DNA of 62,145 nt, filler included. It is 8 parts of 8 records of this genome, joined end to end, with 100 filler letters (N's around TTAATTAATTAA, not from the genome) between each part and the next. Parts side by side here need not be neighbours in the genome. Positions count along the whole stretch, not along the records: positions 6,143 to 18,752 come from SRR20825010_5835; positions 18,853 to 22,759 come from SRR20825010_5853; 6 more parts are not named here. The stretch is one strand, 5' to 3'. This document shows, piece by piece, positions 10,111-20,380 of this stretch. Within the stretch, counting starts at the first letter, position 1. The number at the start of each line of letters is the position of its first letter. The notes under the pieces were generated by a model. The model worked only from the letters and a program-made list of their open reading frames with translations. It was not told the DNA's origin and did not search any database. The translations under genes were made by a program, and so were the position numbers.

Positions 10111-10896
10111 ATGCCGCATATCGACGCCAACGGAATCACGCTGCATTACCGGATCGACGGGCCGGAGGATGGGCGGCCGCTGCTGCTGTCAAATTCGCTC
10201 GCCTCCAACCTGCATATGTGGGATCCGCAGATCGCGGATCTGACGGCAGCGGGGCTCAGGGTGATCCGTTATGACAGCCGTGGTCACGGCCTGTCGGACG
10301 CACCGGACGGCGCTTATTCCATCGAGATGCTGGCCGAGGATGCGGTCGCCCTGCTCGACGGACTTGGCATCGAGCGGGCGGATTATTGCGGGCTCTCCAA
10401 GGGCGGCATGGTCGGCCAGATGCTCGGGGTCCGGCACCGGGACCGGGTCAGCAAGCTGATCCTGGCCGATACCAGCGCCCATATGCCGACGCAGGAAATG
10501 TGGGACGGCCGGGTGCGCACGGTGGAGAAAGGCGGCATGGCGGCCGTTGCCGACGCCACCATCGAGCGCTGGTTCACCCCGGCGAGCCAGCAGCGGCTGA
10601 AGCAGGATATCGACACGGTCCGGGACATGATCCTGGGCACCCCGTCGCAAGGCTTCATCGGCTGCTGCCGGGCGATCCAGGCGATGGATCAGCGCGAGAC
10701 GATCGGCGGCATCGATACGCCGACGCTGGTCATCGTCGGTGCGGAGGATCCGGCGACGACGCCGGAACATGCCCGGGAGATCCATGGCCTGATCAAGGGC
10801 TCTGGCTATGTCGAAATCCCCGAAGCCGCCCACTTCGCGAATTTCGAACAGCCTGCGGCCTTTACCAGGGCGATGCTGGAATTCCTGAACGGCTGA
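10111..10896 (+). CDS. pcaD: 3-oxoadipate enol-lactonase-like alpha/beta hydrolase
   Basis: LSNSL..MWDPQ, YDSRGHG, GLSKGG nucleophile elbow, TIERWFT, AAHFAN. Confidence 0.75.
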   Translation: MPHIDANGITLHYRIDGPEDGRPLLLSNSLASNLHMWDPQIADLTAAGLRVIRYDSRGHGLSDAPDGAYSIEMLAEDAVALLDGLGIERADYCGLSKGGMVGQMLGVRHRDRVSKLILADTSAHMPTQEMWDGRVRTVEKGGMAAVADATIERWFTPASQQRLKQDIDTVRDMILGTPSQGFIGCCRAIQAMDQRETIGGIDTPTLVIVGAEDPATTPEHAREIHGLIKGSGYVEIPEAAHFANFEQPAAFTRAMLEFLNG

Positions 10897-11016
10897 GCGC
10901 TTATCCCGCCTCTGCGGCAGTCAGTCGGCACCACTTAGCTATAGCTCTAACCTTTGACGGGATTGTTAGTTTTTGATGTAGCTACCTTCCAAAGGCCGTT
11001 GGTGGGCGACCGGCAC

Positions 11017-11760
11017 CTAAAGGTTCTGCGCGCCGTCGACTGCGATGGTCTGGCCGGTGACCCAGCTTGCTGCGGGCGACAGCAGGAAGGCGGCGACGGT
11101 GCCGATTTCTTCCGGCTTGCCGAAGCGGCCGAAGGGGATGCCGGCGAGGGTGGAGGTGTAGACGTCCGGCGCCTCGGTTTTGCGTCGCTCCCAGCTGCCG
11201 CCGGGGAAGATTATGGAGCCGGGGGCGATGCAGTTCACCCGGACCCGGTCGGCGGCGAATTTTTTCGCATGGCTCTGGGTCAGTTGGATCACGGCTGCTT
11301 TGACCGCGCCATAGGGGATCGAGCCGGAGGCGCCGATGCCGGAGATCGAGGAGATGGTCAGCACCGCGCCCTGGCTGGCGACGAGGTGCGGATAAGCGGC
11401 CCAGGTCGCCCGGACGACGCCCATCAGGTCGACATCCATGCTCTTTTTCCAGCCGTCCTCGTCGTCGGTGGCGCCGAAGCCGGAGGGGTTGTTCACCAGC
11501 CCGTCGATGCCTCCGAGGGCACCCGCCGCCGCGTCGATATAGGCCTTGAGCGCATCCGCGTCGGCAACGTCGCACGGCGCGGTATGGACCACGCCGCCAT
11601 GACGCGAGAGCTGTTCCGCCGCCGCCGTGAGGCTGGCTTCGGTCCGTCCGCAAATCGAGACGGACGCGCCTTCGGCGGCGCAGGCATCGGCGATTGCCAG
11701 TCCAATGCCGCGGGTGCCGCCGGTGACGATGATTTTCTTGCCCTTGAGTCCAAGATCCAT
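11017..11760 (-). CDS. Short-chain dehydrogenase/reductase
   Basis: TGGTRGIG, YGAVK catalytic YxxxK, VNCIAPG, GQTIAVDG; ATG at 11760 with GGAG RBS. Confidence 0.9.
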   Translation of the reverse strand: MDLGLKGKKIIVTGGTRGIGLAIADACAAEGASVSICGRTEASLTAAAEQLSRHGGVVHTAPCDVADADALKAYIDAAAGALGGIDGLVNNPSGFGATDDEDGWKKSMDVDLMGVVRATWAAYPHLVASQGAVLTISSISGIGASGSIPYGAVKAAVIQLTQSHAKKFAADRVRVNCIAPGSIIFPGGSWERRKTEAPDVYTSTLAGIPFGRFGKPEEIGTVAAFLLSPAASWVTGQTIAVDGAQNL

Positions 11761-11784
11761 GGTGATGCTCCCTGTTTCCAAATT

Positions 11785-11865
11785 GTCACCCCTGTGAAAG
11801 CAGGGACCCAGGGAACGTAGGGGAAAGTCCTATGATCACTGGGTTCCCGCTTGCGCGGGAATGAC
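11785..11865. repeat. CGTC-type REP-like palindromic doublet
   Basis: GTCA-CCCCTG-TGAAAG-CAGGGA-CCCAG...CTGGG-TTCCCGC-TTGC-GCGGGAA-TGAC: two inverted stem-loop units. Confidence 0.75.
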
Positions 11866-11895
11866 GATTAAAAAAGTTAAGAAACGCCCGAGAGA

Positions 11896-13209
11896 TCAGG
11901 CGTTTTGATTGAGGCCGAGCGCGTGCCCGGCGAGGTAGAGCGAGCCGCAGATAAGGAAGCGCACGGATTTGCCTTTTTTCTGGCTGTCCCGGAGCGCCTG
12001 CTTGACGTTGGAAACCGGAATGGCGGGCAGGGCCGCGCGCTTGGCGCCGTCCATCAGGGCGTCCTCGGTGAGGCTGTTTTCCTCGCCCGGGATCGGCAGG
12101 ACGTAGAGCCGCTGGGCCCGTCCCCGCATATGTTTCAGATAGGCTGCCGGATCGCGGGTGTTGAGCGAGCCGAACAAGAGATAGACCGGCAGGGCGCCGG
12201 GCTCGGCCGCCCAGCCGTCGAGGATTTTCGCGACGGCTTCGCCGGCACTCTCGTTATGGCCACCATCGACCCAGAGGCTGGAGCCGGGGTTGAGATATTC
12301 GGTCAGTGCGCCGCTTTCCAGATGCTGCATCCGGGCCGGCCAGGAGGCTTCGGCGATGCCCTTGGCGCGGGCGCCTTCGGTTGTCTTGACGGAAGCTTCC
12401 GCGAGATCGGCCGCCATCAGCGCCTGGCCCGCATTGAGGATCTGATGCGCGCCGAGCAGCCCCGGGCGCGGATAGCGCCTTGTCTTGCCGCCGGTGCTGA
12501 AAAGCATGCCGTCGCCGCCCTCGGCGATCGTCCATTCATGGCCGTAGCGATGGAGCGGGGCGCCGATTTCCGCCGCGCGGGCCTCGATCACGGCGAGCGC
12601 CGCCGGATCCTGCGGGCCGATCACTGCCGGCACGCCGGGCTTCAGGATGCCTGCTTTCTCGAAAGCGATCTTCTCGATCGTGTCGCCGAGAAAACCCATA
12701 TGGTCCATCGAGACCGGGGTGATGACGGAAACCGCCGGTTTGTCGATCACATTGGTCGCGTCGAACCGGCCGCCGAGCCCGACTTCGAGCAGCAGCACGT
12801 CCGCCGGGGTGCGGGAGAAGGCGAGGAAAGCTGCCGCCGTGGTGATCTCGAAATGGGTGATCGGCGTGCCGCCATTGACCCGCTCGCACTCTTCCAGGAT
12901 CTCCACCAGCGGCGCGTCCTCGATCTCCTTACCGGCGATATAGAAGCGCTCGTTGTAGCGGACGAGATGCGGCGAGGTGTCGGCGTGGACCTTGCGGCCT
13001 GCGGCCTCGTAGATCGCCCGCAGCATGGCGATGGTCGAGCCCTTGCCGTTCGTCCCGGCGACATGCACCACCGGCGGCAGCTTCTGTTCCGGGTTGCCGA
13101 GCAGGCCGAGCAGTCTTTCCAGACGGTCCAGAGACAGGTCGATCAGCTTCGGGTGCAGGCGTTGCAACCGGTCAAGGATCGTCTGCGGCGAGAGCGCGGG
13201 TGCGGAAAT
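11896..13209 (-). CDS. folC: Dihydrofolate/folylpolyglutamate synthase
   Basis: HVAGTNGKGS, TSPHL, LEVGLGGRFDATN, DGGHN, CGSLYLAG; start placed at ATT 13209 (the first canonical start is TTG 13167). Confidence 0.93.
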   Translation of the reverse strand: MSAPALSPQTILDRLQRLHPKLIDLSLDRLERLLGLLGNPEQKLPPVVHVAGTNGKGSTIAMLRAIYEAAGRKVHADTSPHLVRYNERFYIAGKEIEDAPLVEILEECERVNGGTPITHFEITTAAAFLAFSRTPADVLLLEVGLGGRFDATNVIDKPAVSVITPVSMDHMGFLGDTIEKIAFEKAGILKPGVPAVIGPQDPAALAVIEARAAEIGAPLHRYGHEWTIAEGGDGMLFSTGGKTRRYPRPGLLGAHQILNAGQALMAADLAEASVKTTEGARAKGIAEASWPARMQHLESGALTEYLNPGSSLWVDGGHNESAGEAVAKILDGWAAEPGALPVYLLFGSLNTRDPAAYLKHMRGRAQRLYVLPIPGEENSLTEDALMDGAKRAALPAIPVSNVKQALRDSQKKGKSVRFLICGSLYLAGHALGLNQNA

Positions 13210-13231
13210 TTCAGGATCCTCCAGCGGATGA

Positions 13232-14152
13232 TCAGCTGTCGCTGTCGTCCGCCTCGCTCTCCGGTTTCTCCGTTTTCGGCAGGGAGACGACCACAGCCTT
13301 CGGCATTGGATCGCGGACCATGGAGAAGACGCGGATCAGTGTGTCGCGCAGGTCCTTGCGATGGACGACCATGTCGACCATGCCGTGCTCAAGCAGATAT
13401 TCCGAACGCTGGAAGCCGTCCGGCAGCTGCTCGCGGATGGTCTCCTGGATCACGCGCTGTCCGGCGAAACCGATGATCGCACCGGGCTCGGCAATATGGA
13501 TATCGCCCAGCATGGCGAAGGAGGCGGTGACGCCGCCCGTGGTCGGGTCGGTCAATACGACGACGAAGGGCAGTCCGGACTCGCGGACGATCTCCCGCGC
13601 GATCACGGTGCGCGGCATCTGCATCAGCGACAGGATACCTTCCTGCATGCGGGCGCCGCCCGAGGCCGGGAAGACCACCAGAGGAGCTTTCTGGGCTTTT
13701 GCGAGTTCGGCCGCGCGGACCAGCGCGTCGCCGACGGCAGCCCCCATGGAGCCGCCCATGAAGTCGAAGCGGAACAGAGCCAGAACCACCGGTGCGCCGC
13801 CCATCTTGCCATGCGCAACGATGATCGCGTCATCCGCGCCGGTCTTCGCCTGGGCTTCCTTCAGCCGGTCCGTATAGCGCTTGCGATCCCGGAATTTCAG
13901 TGGGTCCAGAACCGGCTTCGGCAGCTCGATCCGGTTGAAGCTGTCATCGTCGAACAGCATTTCCATCCGGGTTTCGGCGCCGATCCGCATGTGATGCTGG
14001 CAGTTCGGGCAGACCTGATGGTTCTCTTCGAGATTGCGGTGAAAGATCATCTCGCCGCAGCCGCCGCACTTGATCCAGAGATTGTCCGGAACGTCGCGCG
14101 GCTGCACGAGGGCTTTGATCTTCGGCAGGACCGAGTTGGTGATCCAGTTCAT
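13232..14152 (-). CDS. accD: Acetyl-CoA carboxylase carboxyltransferase beta subunit
   Basis: LWIKCGGC...CPNC zinc ribbon, FMGGSMG, SGGARMQEG, PTTGGVTASF. Confidence 0.97.
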   Translation of the reverse strand: MNWITNSVLPKIKALVQPRDVPDNLWIKCGGCGEMIFHRNLEENHQVCPNCQHHMRIGAETRMEMLFDDDSFNRIELPKPVLDPLKFRDRKRYTDRLKEAQAKTGADDAIIVAHGKMGGAPVVLALFRFDFMGGSMGAAVGDALVRAAELAKAQKAPLVVFPASGGARMQEGILSLMQMPRTVIAREIVRESGLPFVVVLTDPTTGGVTASFAMLGDIHIAEPGAIIGFAGQRVIQETIREQLPDGFQRSEYLLEHGMVDMVVHRKDLRDTLIRVFSMVRDPMPKAVVVSLPKTEKPESEADDSDS

Positions 14153-14189
14153 ATCCGTCCTCTCCGCAAGATGCGGTGATTATACTATT

Positions 14190-15026
14190 CTAAGACCGCG
14201 CGTTCCGTACACCGGCGGCAAGGTCGGAGACAAGAGCCGTCACGGCGCCGACGGTCTCCCCGGTTGCCTTGCCGTTATCGTCGAGCGAATTCTTGATCGC
14301 ATCGACCACGGCCGAGCCGACGATGCAGGCATCGGCGACAGTACCGACGGCGGCGGCCTGCTCTTTCGTCTTGATGCCGAAACCGACGCCAATCGGTATA
14401 TCGGTATGCTTGCGCAGTCTTTTAAGGGCTGCGGTCACCATATCGATCGGCACATCGGCCGTGCCGGTGACCCCGGCGATGGAGACATAATAGATGAAGC
14501 CGCTGGTGTTGGTCAGCACCGTCGGCAGGCGGACATCGTCCGTCGTCGGCGTTGCCAGCCGGACGAACGGCAGGTTGCGCTTGACGGCGGGCAGGCACAG
14601 CTCTTCGTCTTCCTCAGGCGGCAGATCGACAACGATCAGGCCGTCGGCCCCGGCCTCGATTGCGTCACTCAGGAACCTGTCGACCCCGTAGATATAGATC
14701 GGGTTGTAGTAGCCCATGAGAACGACCGGGGTGGTCTTGTCATCTTCCCGGAAAGCGCGGAGCTGGGCGAGGGTCTTGGCCAGGCTGCCGCCGGCCTTCA
14801 GCGCGCGCTGGCTGGAGGCCTGAACGGACGGTCCGTCCGCCATCGGGTCGGAGAAGGGCATGCCGAACTCGATCATGCTGGCGCCTGCACCCGGCAGAGC
14901 CTTCATGATGGCGAGCGAGGTTTCCGGATCCGGGTCGCCGGCGGTGATGAAGATACCGAGACCGGCGCGGTTTTCGTCCTTGAGGGCCGCAAAGCACTTG
15001 TCCAGGCGGGAAGCGGTGTAATCCAT
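14190..15026 (-). CDS. trpA: Tryptophan synthase alpha subunit
   Basis: [30 protein letters not shown]. Confidence 0.97.
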   Translation of the reverse strand: MDYTASRLDKCFAALKDENRAGLGIFITAGDPDPETSLAIMKALPGAGASMIEFGMPFSDPMADGPSVQASSQRALKAGGSLAKTLAQLRAFREDDKTTPVVLMGYYNPIYIYGVDRFLSDAIEAGADGLIVVDLPPEEDEELCLPAVKRNLPFVRLATPTTDDVRLPTVLTNTSGFIYYVSIAGVTGTADVPIDMVTAALKRLRKHTDIPIGVGFGIKTKEQAAAVGTVADACIVGSAVVDAIKNSLDDNGKATGETVGAVTALVSDLAAGVRNARS

Positions 15027-16255
15027 CAGAGTTCGCCCATTTCTTCGAGCCGCGGAATCACCGCATCCAGATCCTTGTCGCCGCGGCCGCAGAGATTCAT
15101 GACCACGATTTTGTCTTTCGCCAGATCGCCGATCATGCTGCCGACATAAGCCAGCGCATGGCTCGGCTCCAGCGCCGGAATGATGCCTTCCAGCTTGGAG
15201 CAGAGGGCAAAGGCTTTCAGGGCGTCCGTGTCGGTGGCGCTGACATATTTCACCCGGCCACTCTCATGCAGCCAGGAATGTTCAGGCCCGATGCCCGGAT
15301 AATCGAGACCGGCCGAGATCGAATGCGCCTCGGTGATCTGTCCGTCATCGTCCTGCAGGAGATAGGTCCGGTTGCCGTGCAGCACACCCGGGTTTCCGCC
15401 GGTCAGCGATGCCGCATGCTCGCCGCTGTCGATGCCGTGTCCGGCCGCCTCGACGCCGAAGATTTCGACGCTCTCGTCATCCAGGAACGGATGGAACAGG
15501 CCGATGGCATTGGAGCCGCCGCCGATGCAGGCAACCAGCGCGTCCGGCAACCTGCCTTCGGCCTCTTCGAGCTGCCAGCGGACTTCCTCGCCAATGATGC
15601 ACTGGAAGTCGCGGACCATGGCCGGATAGGGATGCGGGCCAGCCGCCGTGCCGATGATGTAGAAATGGGTTTCCGCCTTCGAGACCCAGTAGCGCAGGGC
15701 CTCGTTCATGGCGTCTTTCAGGGTGGAGGAGCCGGAGGTCACCGGAACCACCTTGGCGCCGAGCAGGCGCATGCGGTCGACGTTCGGCTTCTGCCGCTTC
15801 ACGTCTTCGGCGCCCATGAAGACTTCGCATTCCATGCCGAACAGGGCGCAGGCGGTCGCGGTGGCGACGCCGTGTTGGCCGGCGCCGGTCTCGGCGATGA
15901 TCTTGGTCTTGCCCATGCGCTTGGCGAGCAGGGCCTGCCCCATCACGTTGTTGATCTTGTGGGCGCCCGTATGGTTCAGCTCGTCCCGCTTGAAGTAGAG
16001 CTTGCCGCCGCCGAAATGCTCCGTCAGCCGGGGCGCGAAATAAAGCGCGCTCGGACGGCCGATATAATGCTTCCGGTAATATTCCATCTCCGCCCAGAAG
16101 TCCGGATCGCCCTTCGCCGTCAGGTAGGCCTTCTCGACCTCCAGGACCAAAGGCATCAGGGTTTCGGCGACGTAGCGGCCGCCGAAAATGCCGAAATGAC
16201 CGTTCTCGTCGGGGCCATTGCGGAATGAGTTCAGGACTGGCGTGGAGCTTGCCAT
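15026..16255 (-). CDS. trpB: Tryptophan synthase beta subunit
   Basis: [14 protein letters not shown] lysine, [23 protein letters not shown]. Confidence 0.98.
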   Translation of the reverse strand: MASSTPVLNSFRNGPDENGHFGIFGGRYVAETLMPLVLEVEKAYLTAKGDPDFWAEMEYYRKHYIGRPSALYFAPRLTEHFGGGKLYFKRDELNHTGAHKINNVMGQALLAKRMGKTKIIAETGAGQHGVATATACALFGMECEVFMGAEDVKRQKPNVDRMRLLGAKVVPVTSGSSTLKDAMNEALRYWVSKAETHFYIIGTAAGPHPYPAMVRDFQCIIGEEVRWQLEEAEGRLPDALVACIGGGSNAIGLFHPFLDDESVEIFGVEAAGHGIDSGEHAASLTGGNPGVLHGNRTYLLQDDDGQITEAHSISAGLDYPGIGPEHSWLHESGRVKYVSATDTDALKAFALCSKLEGIIPALEPSHALAYVGSMIGDLAKDKIVVMNLCGRGDKDLDAVIPRLEEMGEL

Positions 16256-16379
16256 TTATCAGGCTTCCTCGTCGGATCGGGGCTTGCGAACTCGCAGCGT
16301 GTATTCGGGACGCTCACGAAACGCCGCATAATGCGTTGCGCGCTTTTGTAAGGCAAGGCTGGGAAGGGCATTGTGGGCG

Positions 16380-17021
16380 CTAATCTGCCTGCAGGGCGGC
16401 ACTGACGAAAGCCCGGGTCTTCTCCGGGCTCTTGATGCCCGGCGCATCCTCGGCACCGGAGGCGGTATCGACCGCCTTTGCGCCGGTCACCTGGATCGCC
16501 TCGGCGACATTCTCCGCAGTGAGCCCGCCGGCAAGCATCCAGGGCGTCTTGCCCCTGTAGGCCTTGAGCGCGGTCCAGTCGAAGCTGAGACCGTTGCCGC
16601 CGGGCAGCTTGTCCAGCTCCTTCGGCGGCTTCGCGTCGAACAGGATCATGTCGGCGATGCCGTCATAAGCCTCGGCCGCCCGTGCGTCTTCCGCCTCGGC
16701 GACCCGCAGCACCTTCATCACCTGAGCGCCGTACCGCTGTTTGATCTCGCGCACCCGGTCCGGACTCTCCTTGCCGTGCAGCTGGAAGATGTCCGGATGC
16801 ACGTTCGTCCAGATTGCGTCGAATAGCGCGTCGTCGGCATCGACCACGAGGGCGACGATTTTCACTCCGTCCGGAACATGGGCGACGAGCTCCGCCGCCG
16901 CTTCGGGTGTGATCGCGCGCGGGGAAGGCGGAAAGAAATTCAGACCGATATGGCTGGCGCCCGCCGCCGCGGCCACGGTGATGGATTCCGGCGTTTTCAG
17001 GCCGCAGATTTTGACGTCCAT
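16380..17021 (-). CDS. trpF: Phosphoribosylanthranilate isomerase
   Basis: VKICGL, SPR, QLHG.E, LAGGL..ENV, VDTASG. Confidence 0.95.
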   Translation of the reverse strand: MDVKICGLKTPESITVAAAAGASHIGLNFFPPSPRAITPEAAAELVAHVPDGVKIVALVVDADDALFDAIWTNVHPDIFQLHGKESPDRVREIKQRYGAQVMKVLRVAEAEDARAAEAYDGIADMILFDAKPPKELDKLPGGNGLSFDWTALKAYRGKTPWMLAGGLTAENVAEAIQVTGAKAVDTASGAEDAPGIKSPEKTRAFVSAALQAD

Positions 17022-17044
17022 TGAAGTCTCGGCTTTCCAGAAGG

Positions 17045-17386
17045 TCAGTGCTTTTCCGGCGCCGGCAGGGCTTTCCGGAGGCTGTCGGCCTCGTGCGTCT
17101 TGTGATCCAGGTCTTCTTCCAGCCGCCGCGCCTTGCTTTCGGCCACGCGGGCCCGGTGGCGGGTCGACCCACCGCTGATCCAGGTGGCGACAACGCCAAG
17201 AACAAAGCCGAATGCCATGGTGCAGAGACCGAGAATATAGGCCGGCACGTCGACAATTACCGGCAGCGGCCAGAAACCGACCTCGACAAGGTGCCGGTTG
17301 GAGATCGCGAATAGGACGACAACCGCCATGATCGGAAGCCCGATCAGCAGGAGAAGCGTCTTTGCAAAGAAGGATCTGCGGGCCAT
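17045..17386 (-). CDS. lapA: LapA-family (DUF1049) membrane protein
   Basis: Two TM helices, FAISNR...FWP motif, C-terminal coiled coil; downstream of ihfB as usual. Confidence 0.75.
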   Translation of the reverse strand: MARRSFFAKTLLLLIGLPIMAVVVLFAISNRHLVEVGFWPLPVIVDVPAYILGLCTMAFGFVLGVVATWISGGSTRHRARVAESKARRLEEDLDHKTHEADSLRKALPAPEKH

Positions 17387-17525
17387 GGCGCTACCGTTAT
17401 TGCGAAACCGTGATCGAATATAGGCGATTGGCCGCCCGGTGCGTAGCCCCGAGGCGGATATCAAGCTGTATTTGTTGAAACGGATGGAGCCTGAAAGGTC
17501 AAACGGGCTTCAGCTTAACCTAAAC

Positions 17526-17611
17526 CGTCATCCCCGACCTGATCGGGGACCCAGGGAGGGCGGGCACAGCACCATGATCGCCTGGGGCCCGGCTTTCCGG
17601 CCGGCATGACG
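17526..17611. repeat. CGTC-type REP-like palindromic doublet
   Basis: CGTCA-TCCCCGA-CCTGA-TCGGGGA-CCCAGG...CCTGGG...TGACG; same architecture as 11785-11865. Confidence 0.72.
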
Positions 17612-17658
17612 ATGGTGGAATTGGTTATTTAGGACGGATGTTGTCTGGGCCAGACGGC

Positions 17659-17940
17659 TTAGCCGTCGTTGATACGGTCGCGCAGCTGCTTGCCGGTCTT
17701 GAAGAAGGGCACGAACTTTTCCTGGACGGGCACAGAATCGCCGGTGCGCGGGTTGCGGCCGACGCGGGCGTCGCGCTTTTTCACGGAAAAGGCACCGAAG
17801 CCACGGAGCTCCACACGATCGCCGCTGGCGAGTGCATCGGAGATTTCGTCGAAGATAGCGGAGACGATCCGCTCCACGTCACGCTGGTAAAGATGCGGGT
17901 TTGCCTCGGCAAGACGCATGATCAACTCGGATTTGGTCAT
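17659..17940 (-). CDS. ihfB: Integration host factor beta subunit
   Basis: MTKSELI..., [24 protein letters not shown]. Confidence 0.96.
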   Translation of the reverse strand: MTKSELIMRLAEANPHLYQRDVERIVSAIFDEISDALASGDRVELRGFGAFSVKKRDARVGRNPRTGDSVPVQEKFVPFFKTGKQLRDRINDG

Positions 17941-18113
17941 GTTTGCCACGCTCCCCCCCAATTGGCCGTCCGGCTCGCTTTCCATGCAGCCTGACGGGAC
18001 ACCGCCACAATAAAACCTAATCTTGACGCGGTTCGTCAAGTGTAAGTCTCTCTTTTGCATAATAAAAACGCACTTCATCAAATTGGAAGTGCGGATTTGT
18101 CACGCTGGATGCG

Positions 18114-18145
18114 AAAACGGCGCCGCCCAAACAGGGGCGGCGCCG
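18114..18145 (-). terminator. Intrinsic terminator after rpsA
   Basis: 11-bp stem CGGCGCCGCCC/GGGCGGCGCCG followed by TTTT on the minus strand. Confidence 0.7.
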
Positions 18146-18176
18146 CATTTCTGGAAACAGTTGGTAAGGCGGAGCC

Positions 18177-18752
18177 TTAGTCCTCCTGCTGTCCTTCTTC
18201 GCGCTGCTTCAGGGCCGCGCCCAGAATGTCGCCCAGGCTGGCGCCGCTGTCGGAAGAACCGTAGTCGGCCATGGCCTTCTTCTCTTCTTCGACTTCGCGG
18301 GCCTTGATCGACAGGGTCAGCTTGCGCGTCTTGTTGTCGATCTGGGTGATCTTGGCATCGACCTTCTCGCCAACCGCGAACCGGTCCGGACGCTGCTCGG
18401 AGCGATCGCGGGACAGGTCGGACTTGCGGATGAAGCCGTGCAGGCCTTCGCCGACAGCAACCTCGAGACCGTTGTCGGTCAGCGTGGTCACGGTACAGGT
18501 GACGACAGCACCCTTGCGCAGGTCGGAAGCACCGGACTCGAAGGGATCCTCGGAGAGCTGCTTGATGCCGAGGGAGATACGCTCCTTGTCGGTATCCACG
18601 TCAAGGACCTTCGCCTTGACCATGTCGCCCTTCTTGAATTCCTTGATGGCTTCCTCGCCCGACTGCTCCCAGGAGAGGTCGGAGAGGTGAACCATGCCGT
18701 CGATCTCGCCGGAGAGGCCAACGAACAGACCGAATTCGGTGATGTTCTTGAC
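18177..18752 (-). CDS. rpsA: 30S ribosomal protein S1, 5'-truncated
   Basis: S1 repeats GMVHLSDLSW, ERISLGIKQ; C-terminal SDSGASLGDILG. Confidence 0.96.
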   Translation of the reverse strand, partial: VKNITEFGLFVGLSGEIDGMVHLSDLSWEQSGEEAIKEFKKGDMVKAKVLDVDTDKERISLGIKQLSEDPFESGASDLRKGAVVTCTVTTLTDNGLEVAVGEGLHGFIRKSDLSRDRSEQRPDRFAVGEKVDAKITQIDNKTRKLTLSIKAREVEEEKKAMADYGSSDSGASLGDILGAALKQREEGQQED

Positions 18753-18852
18753 NNNNNNNNNNNNNNNNNNNNNNNNNNNNNNNNNNNNNNNNNNNNTTAA
18801 TTAATTAANNNNNNNNNNNNNNNNNNNNNNNNNNNNNNNNNNNNNNNNNNNN
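18753..18852. other. Artificial contig spacer
   Basis: N44-TTAATTAATTAA-N44. Confidence 0.97.
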
Positions 18853-19287
18853 CATGCCAAAATCAAGGAACGCCTTGATGCCGGTGAAGAAATGCCGGAA
18901 TACCTGAAAAACCATCCGGTCTATTACGCCGGTCCGGCCAAAACCCCGGAAGGCATGCCTTCTGGTTCGTTTGGTCCGACCACGGCGGGCCGAATGGATG
19001 CCTATGTTGAACAGTTCCAGGCCGCAGGTGGTTCGTTTGTGATGCTGGCAAAGGGCAACCGTTCCAAGCAGGTCAAAGATGCCTGTAACAAATATGGCGG
19101 GTTCTATCTTGGTTCGATCGGTGGTCCGGCCGCACGTCTGGCGCAGGATTGCATCAAGAAGGTCGAAGTTCACGAATATCCGGAACTTGGCATGGAAGCC
19201 GTCTGGAAAATCGAAGTCGAAGATTTCCCTGCCTTCATCGTGATTGATGACAAGGGCAATGATTTCTTCTCTGAATTTGGCATCTGA
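18853..19287 (+). CDS. Class I fumarate hydratase C-terminus, 5'-truncated
   Basis: [48 protein letters not shown]. Confidence 0.93.
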   Translation, partial: HAKIKERLDAGEEMPEYLKNHPVYYAGPAKTPEGMPSGSFGPTTAGRMDAYVEQFQAAGGSFVMLAKGNRSKQVKDACNKYGGFYLGSIGGPAARLAQDCIKKVEVHEYPELGMEAVWKIEVEDFPAFIVIDDKGNDFFSEFGI

Positions 19288-19312
19288 TTTCAGAGCGATT
19301 GCCACTATGACG

Positions 19313-19345
19313 AAAACGGCGCAGGGGAAACCTTGCGCCGTTTTT
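19313..19345 (+). terminator. Intrinsic (possibly bidirectional) terminator
   Basis: AAAACGGCGCAGGGGAAACCTTGCGCCGTTTTT. Confidence 0.8.
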
Positions 19346-19459
19346 CATTGGGCACAGAGCTTATGCATAGCTGACCCGTGGTCAAGGGGCTTGCGTCAAT
19401 TTGGGGCACATGGTCTGTTTCAGACCAAACCAAATCAAACCCTTACCGGATAAATTGAT

Positions 19460-20380
19460 ATGTCTGAAACTTCCGCGCTTCGTGCCACCAGTGCGACGGA
19501 AAGCCGCTTTGTCGGTGTGACATCTGCTCTTGCCACTGTCTGCATCTGGGCGGGGTGGCTGATTGCCACCCGCTATGCCATGACGTCAAGCTTTACAGCC
19601 GTTGATATCGGCCTTTTACGCTTTGTCGTGCCGTTTGTTCTGTTATCCCCCATCTGGATCAAAAAAGGCATCTGGCCCAAGGGATTGTCGTTGATTAACG
19701 GGCTTATGATGCTGGCGGGATCGGGCGCTTTTTATACCCTGATGGTTGCCAGTGCGTTGCAATTCGTCCCCGCCAGTCATGTGGGCATTTTATTGCCCGG
19801 TGTGATGGCCGTCTGGGCGGTTCTGATTGCGGTTGTTCTGTTTGGTGAACGTCCGGGAAAAGTCCGCATTGCCGGATATGGCGCGGTGATTGTTGGCGTC
19901 TTGTCGTTGGTTGCCCTGAAACCGGCAGGTGAGATCAGCAATGATATGTTGCTTGGCTATGGCCTTGTCTCAGCGGGTGCGTTTATGTGGGCGTGCTACA
20001 CCCATGCCATGCGTCAAAGCGGGCTGGGCGCGCTTGAAGCCGCATCCTTTGTCGGTTTCTGGTCCTTTGTCATTATGGCGATCATCGCACTTTTCACCGG
20101 CACGACATTGGGCGATGCGCCAAGGGGGGATGTGATGATGTTGCTGACCGCACAGGGGCTTTTGGCGGGTTGTGTGGCCGTGATTACCTATGGCCTTGCT
20201 GTGCGTCATATCGGATCGACCGGGGCATCGGCCTTTGGCGCGATGACACCGGCACTAACCGCCCTTGGCGGTGTGATCGTGTTGGGCGAAGCTGGTAACC
20301 TTGCCCTTGTTCTGGCGGTGGTTCTTGTGATCCTCGGTGTGATGACGGCATCTGGTGTCTTTCGCCGGGCGAAGGCATAA
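19460..20380 (+). CDS. DMT/EamA family transporter
   Basis: About 10 TM helices in two repeats; IWAG, LRF, GE motifs. Confidence 0.85.
   Translation: MSETSALRATSATESRFVGVTSALATVCIWAGWLIATRYAMTSSFTAVDIGLLRFVVPFVLLSPIWIKKGIWPKGLSLINGLMMLAGSGAFYTLMVASALQFVPASHVGILLPGVMAVWAVLIAVVLFGERPGKVRIAGYGAVIVGVLSLVALKPAGEISNDMLLGYGLVSAGAFMWACYTHAMRQSGLGALEAASFVGFWSFVIMAIIALFTGTTLGDAPRGDVMMLLTAQGLLAGCVAVITYGLAVRHIGSTGASAFGAMTPALTALGGVIVLGEAGNLALVLAVVLVILGVMTASGVFRRAKA

Noticed and set aside
11905-13476. Long antisense ORFs (also 531-1469, 15158-16228, 33983-35569, 40293-41582, 46826-48457, 49704-50963, 53594-55021)
   Set aside because: Shadow frames of well-supported genes in GC-rich DNA; no recognisable motifs
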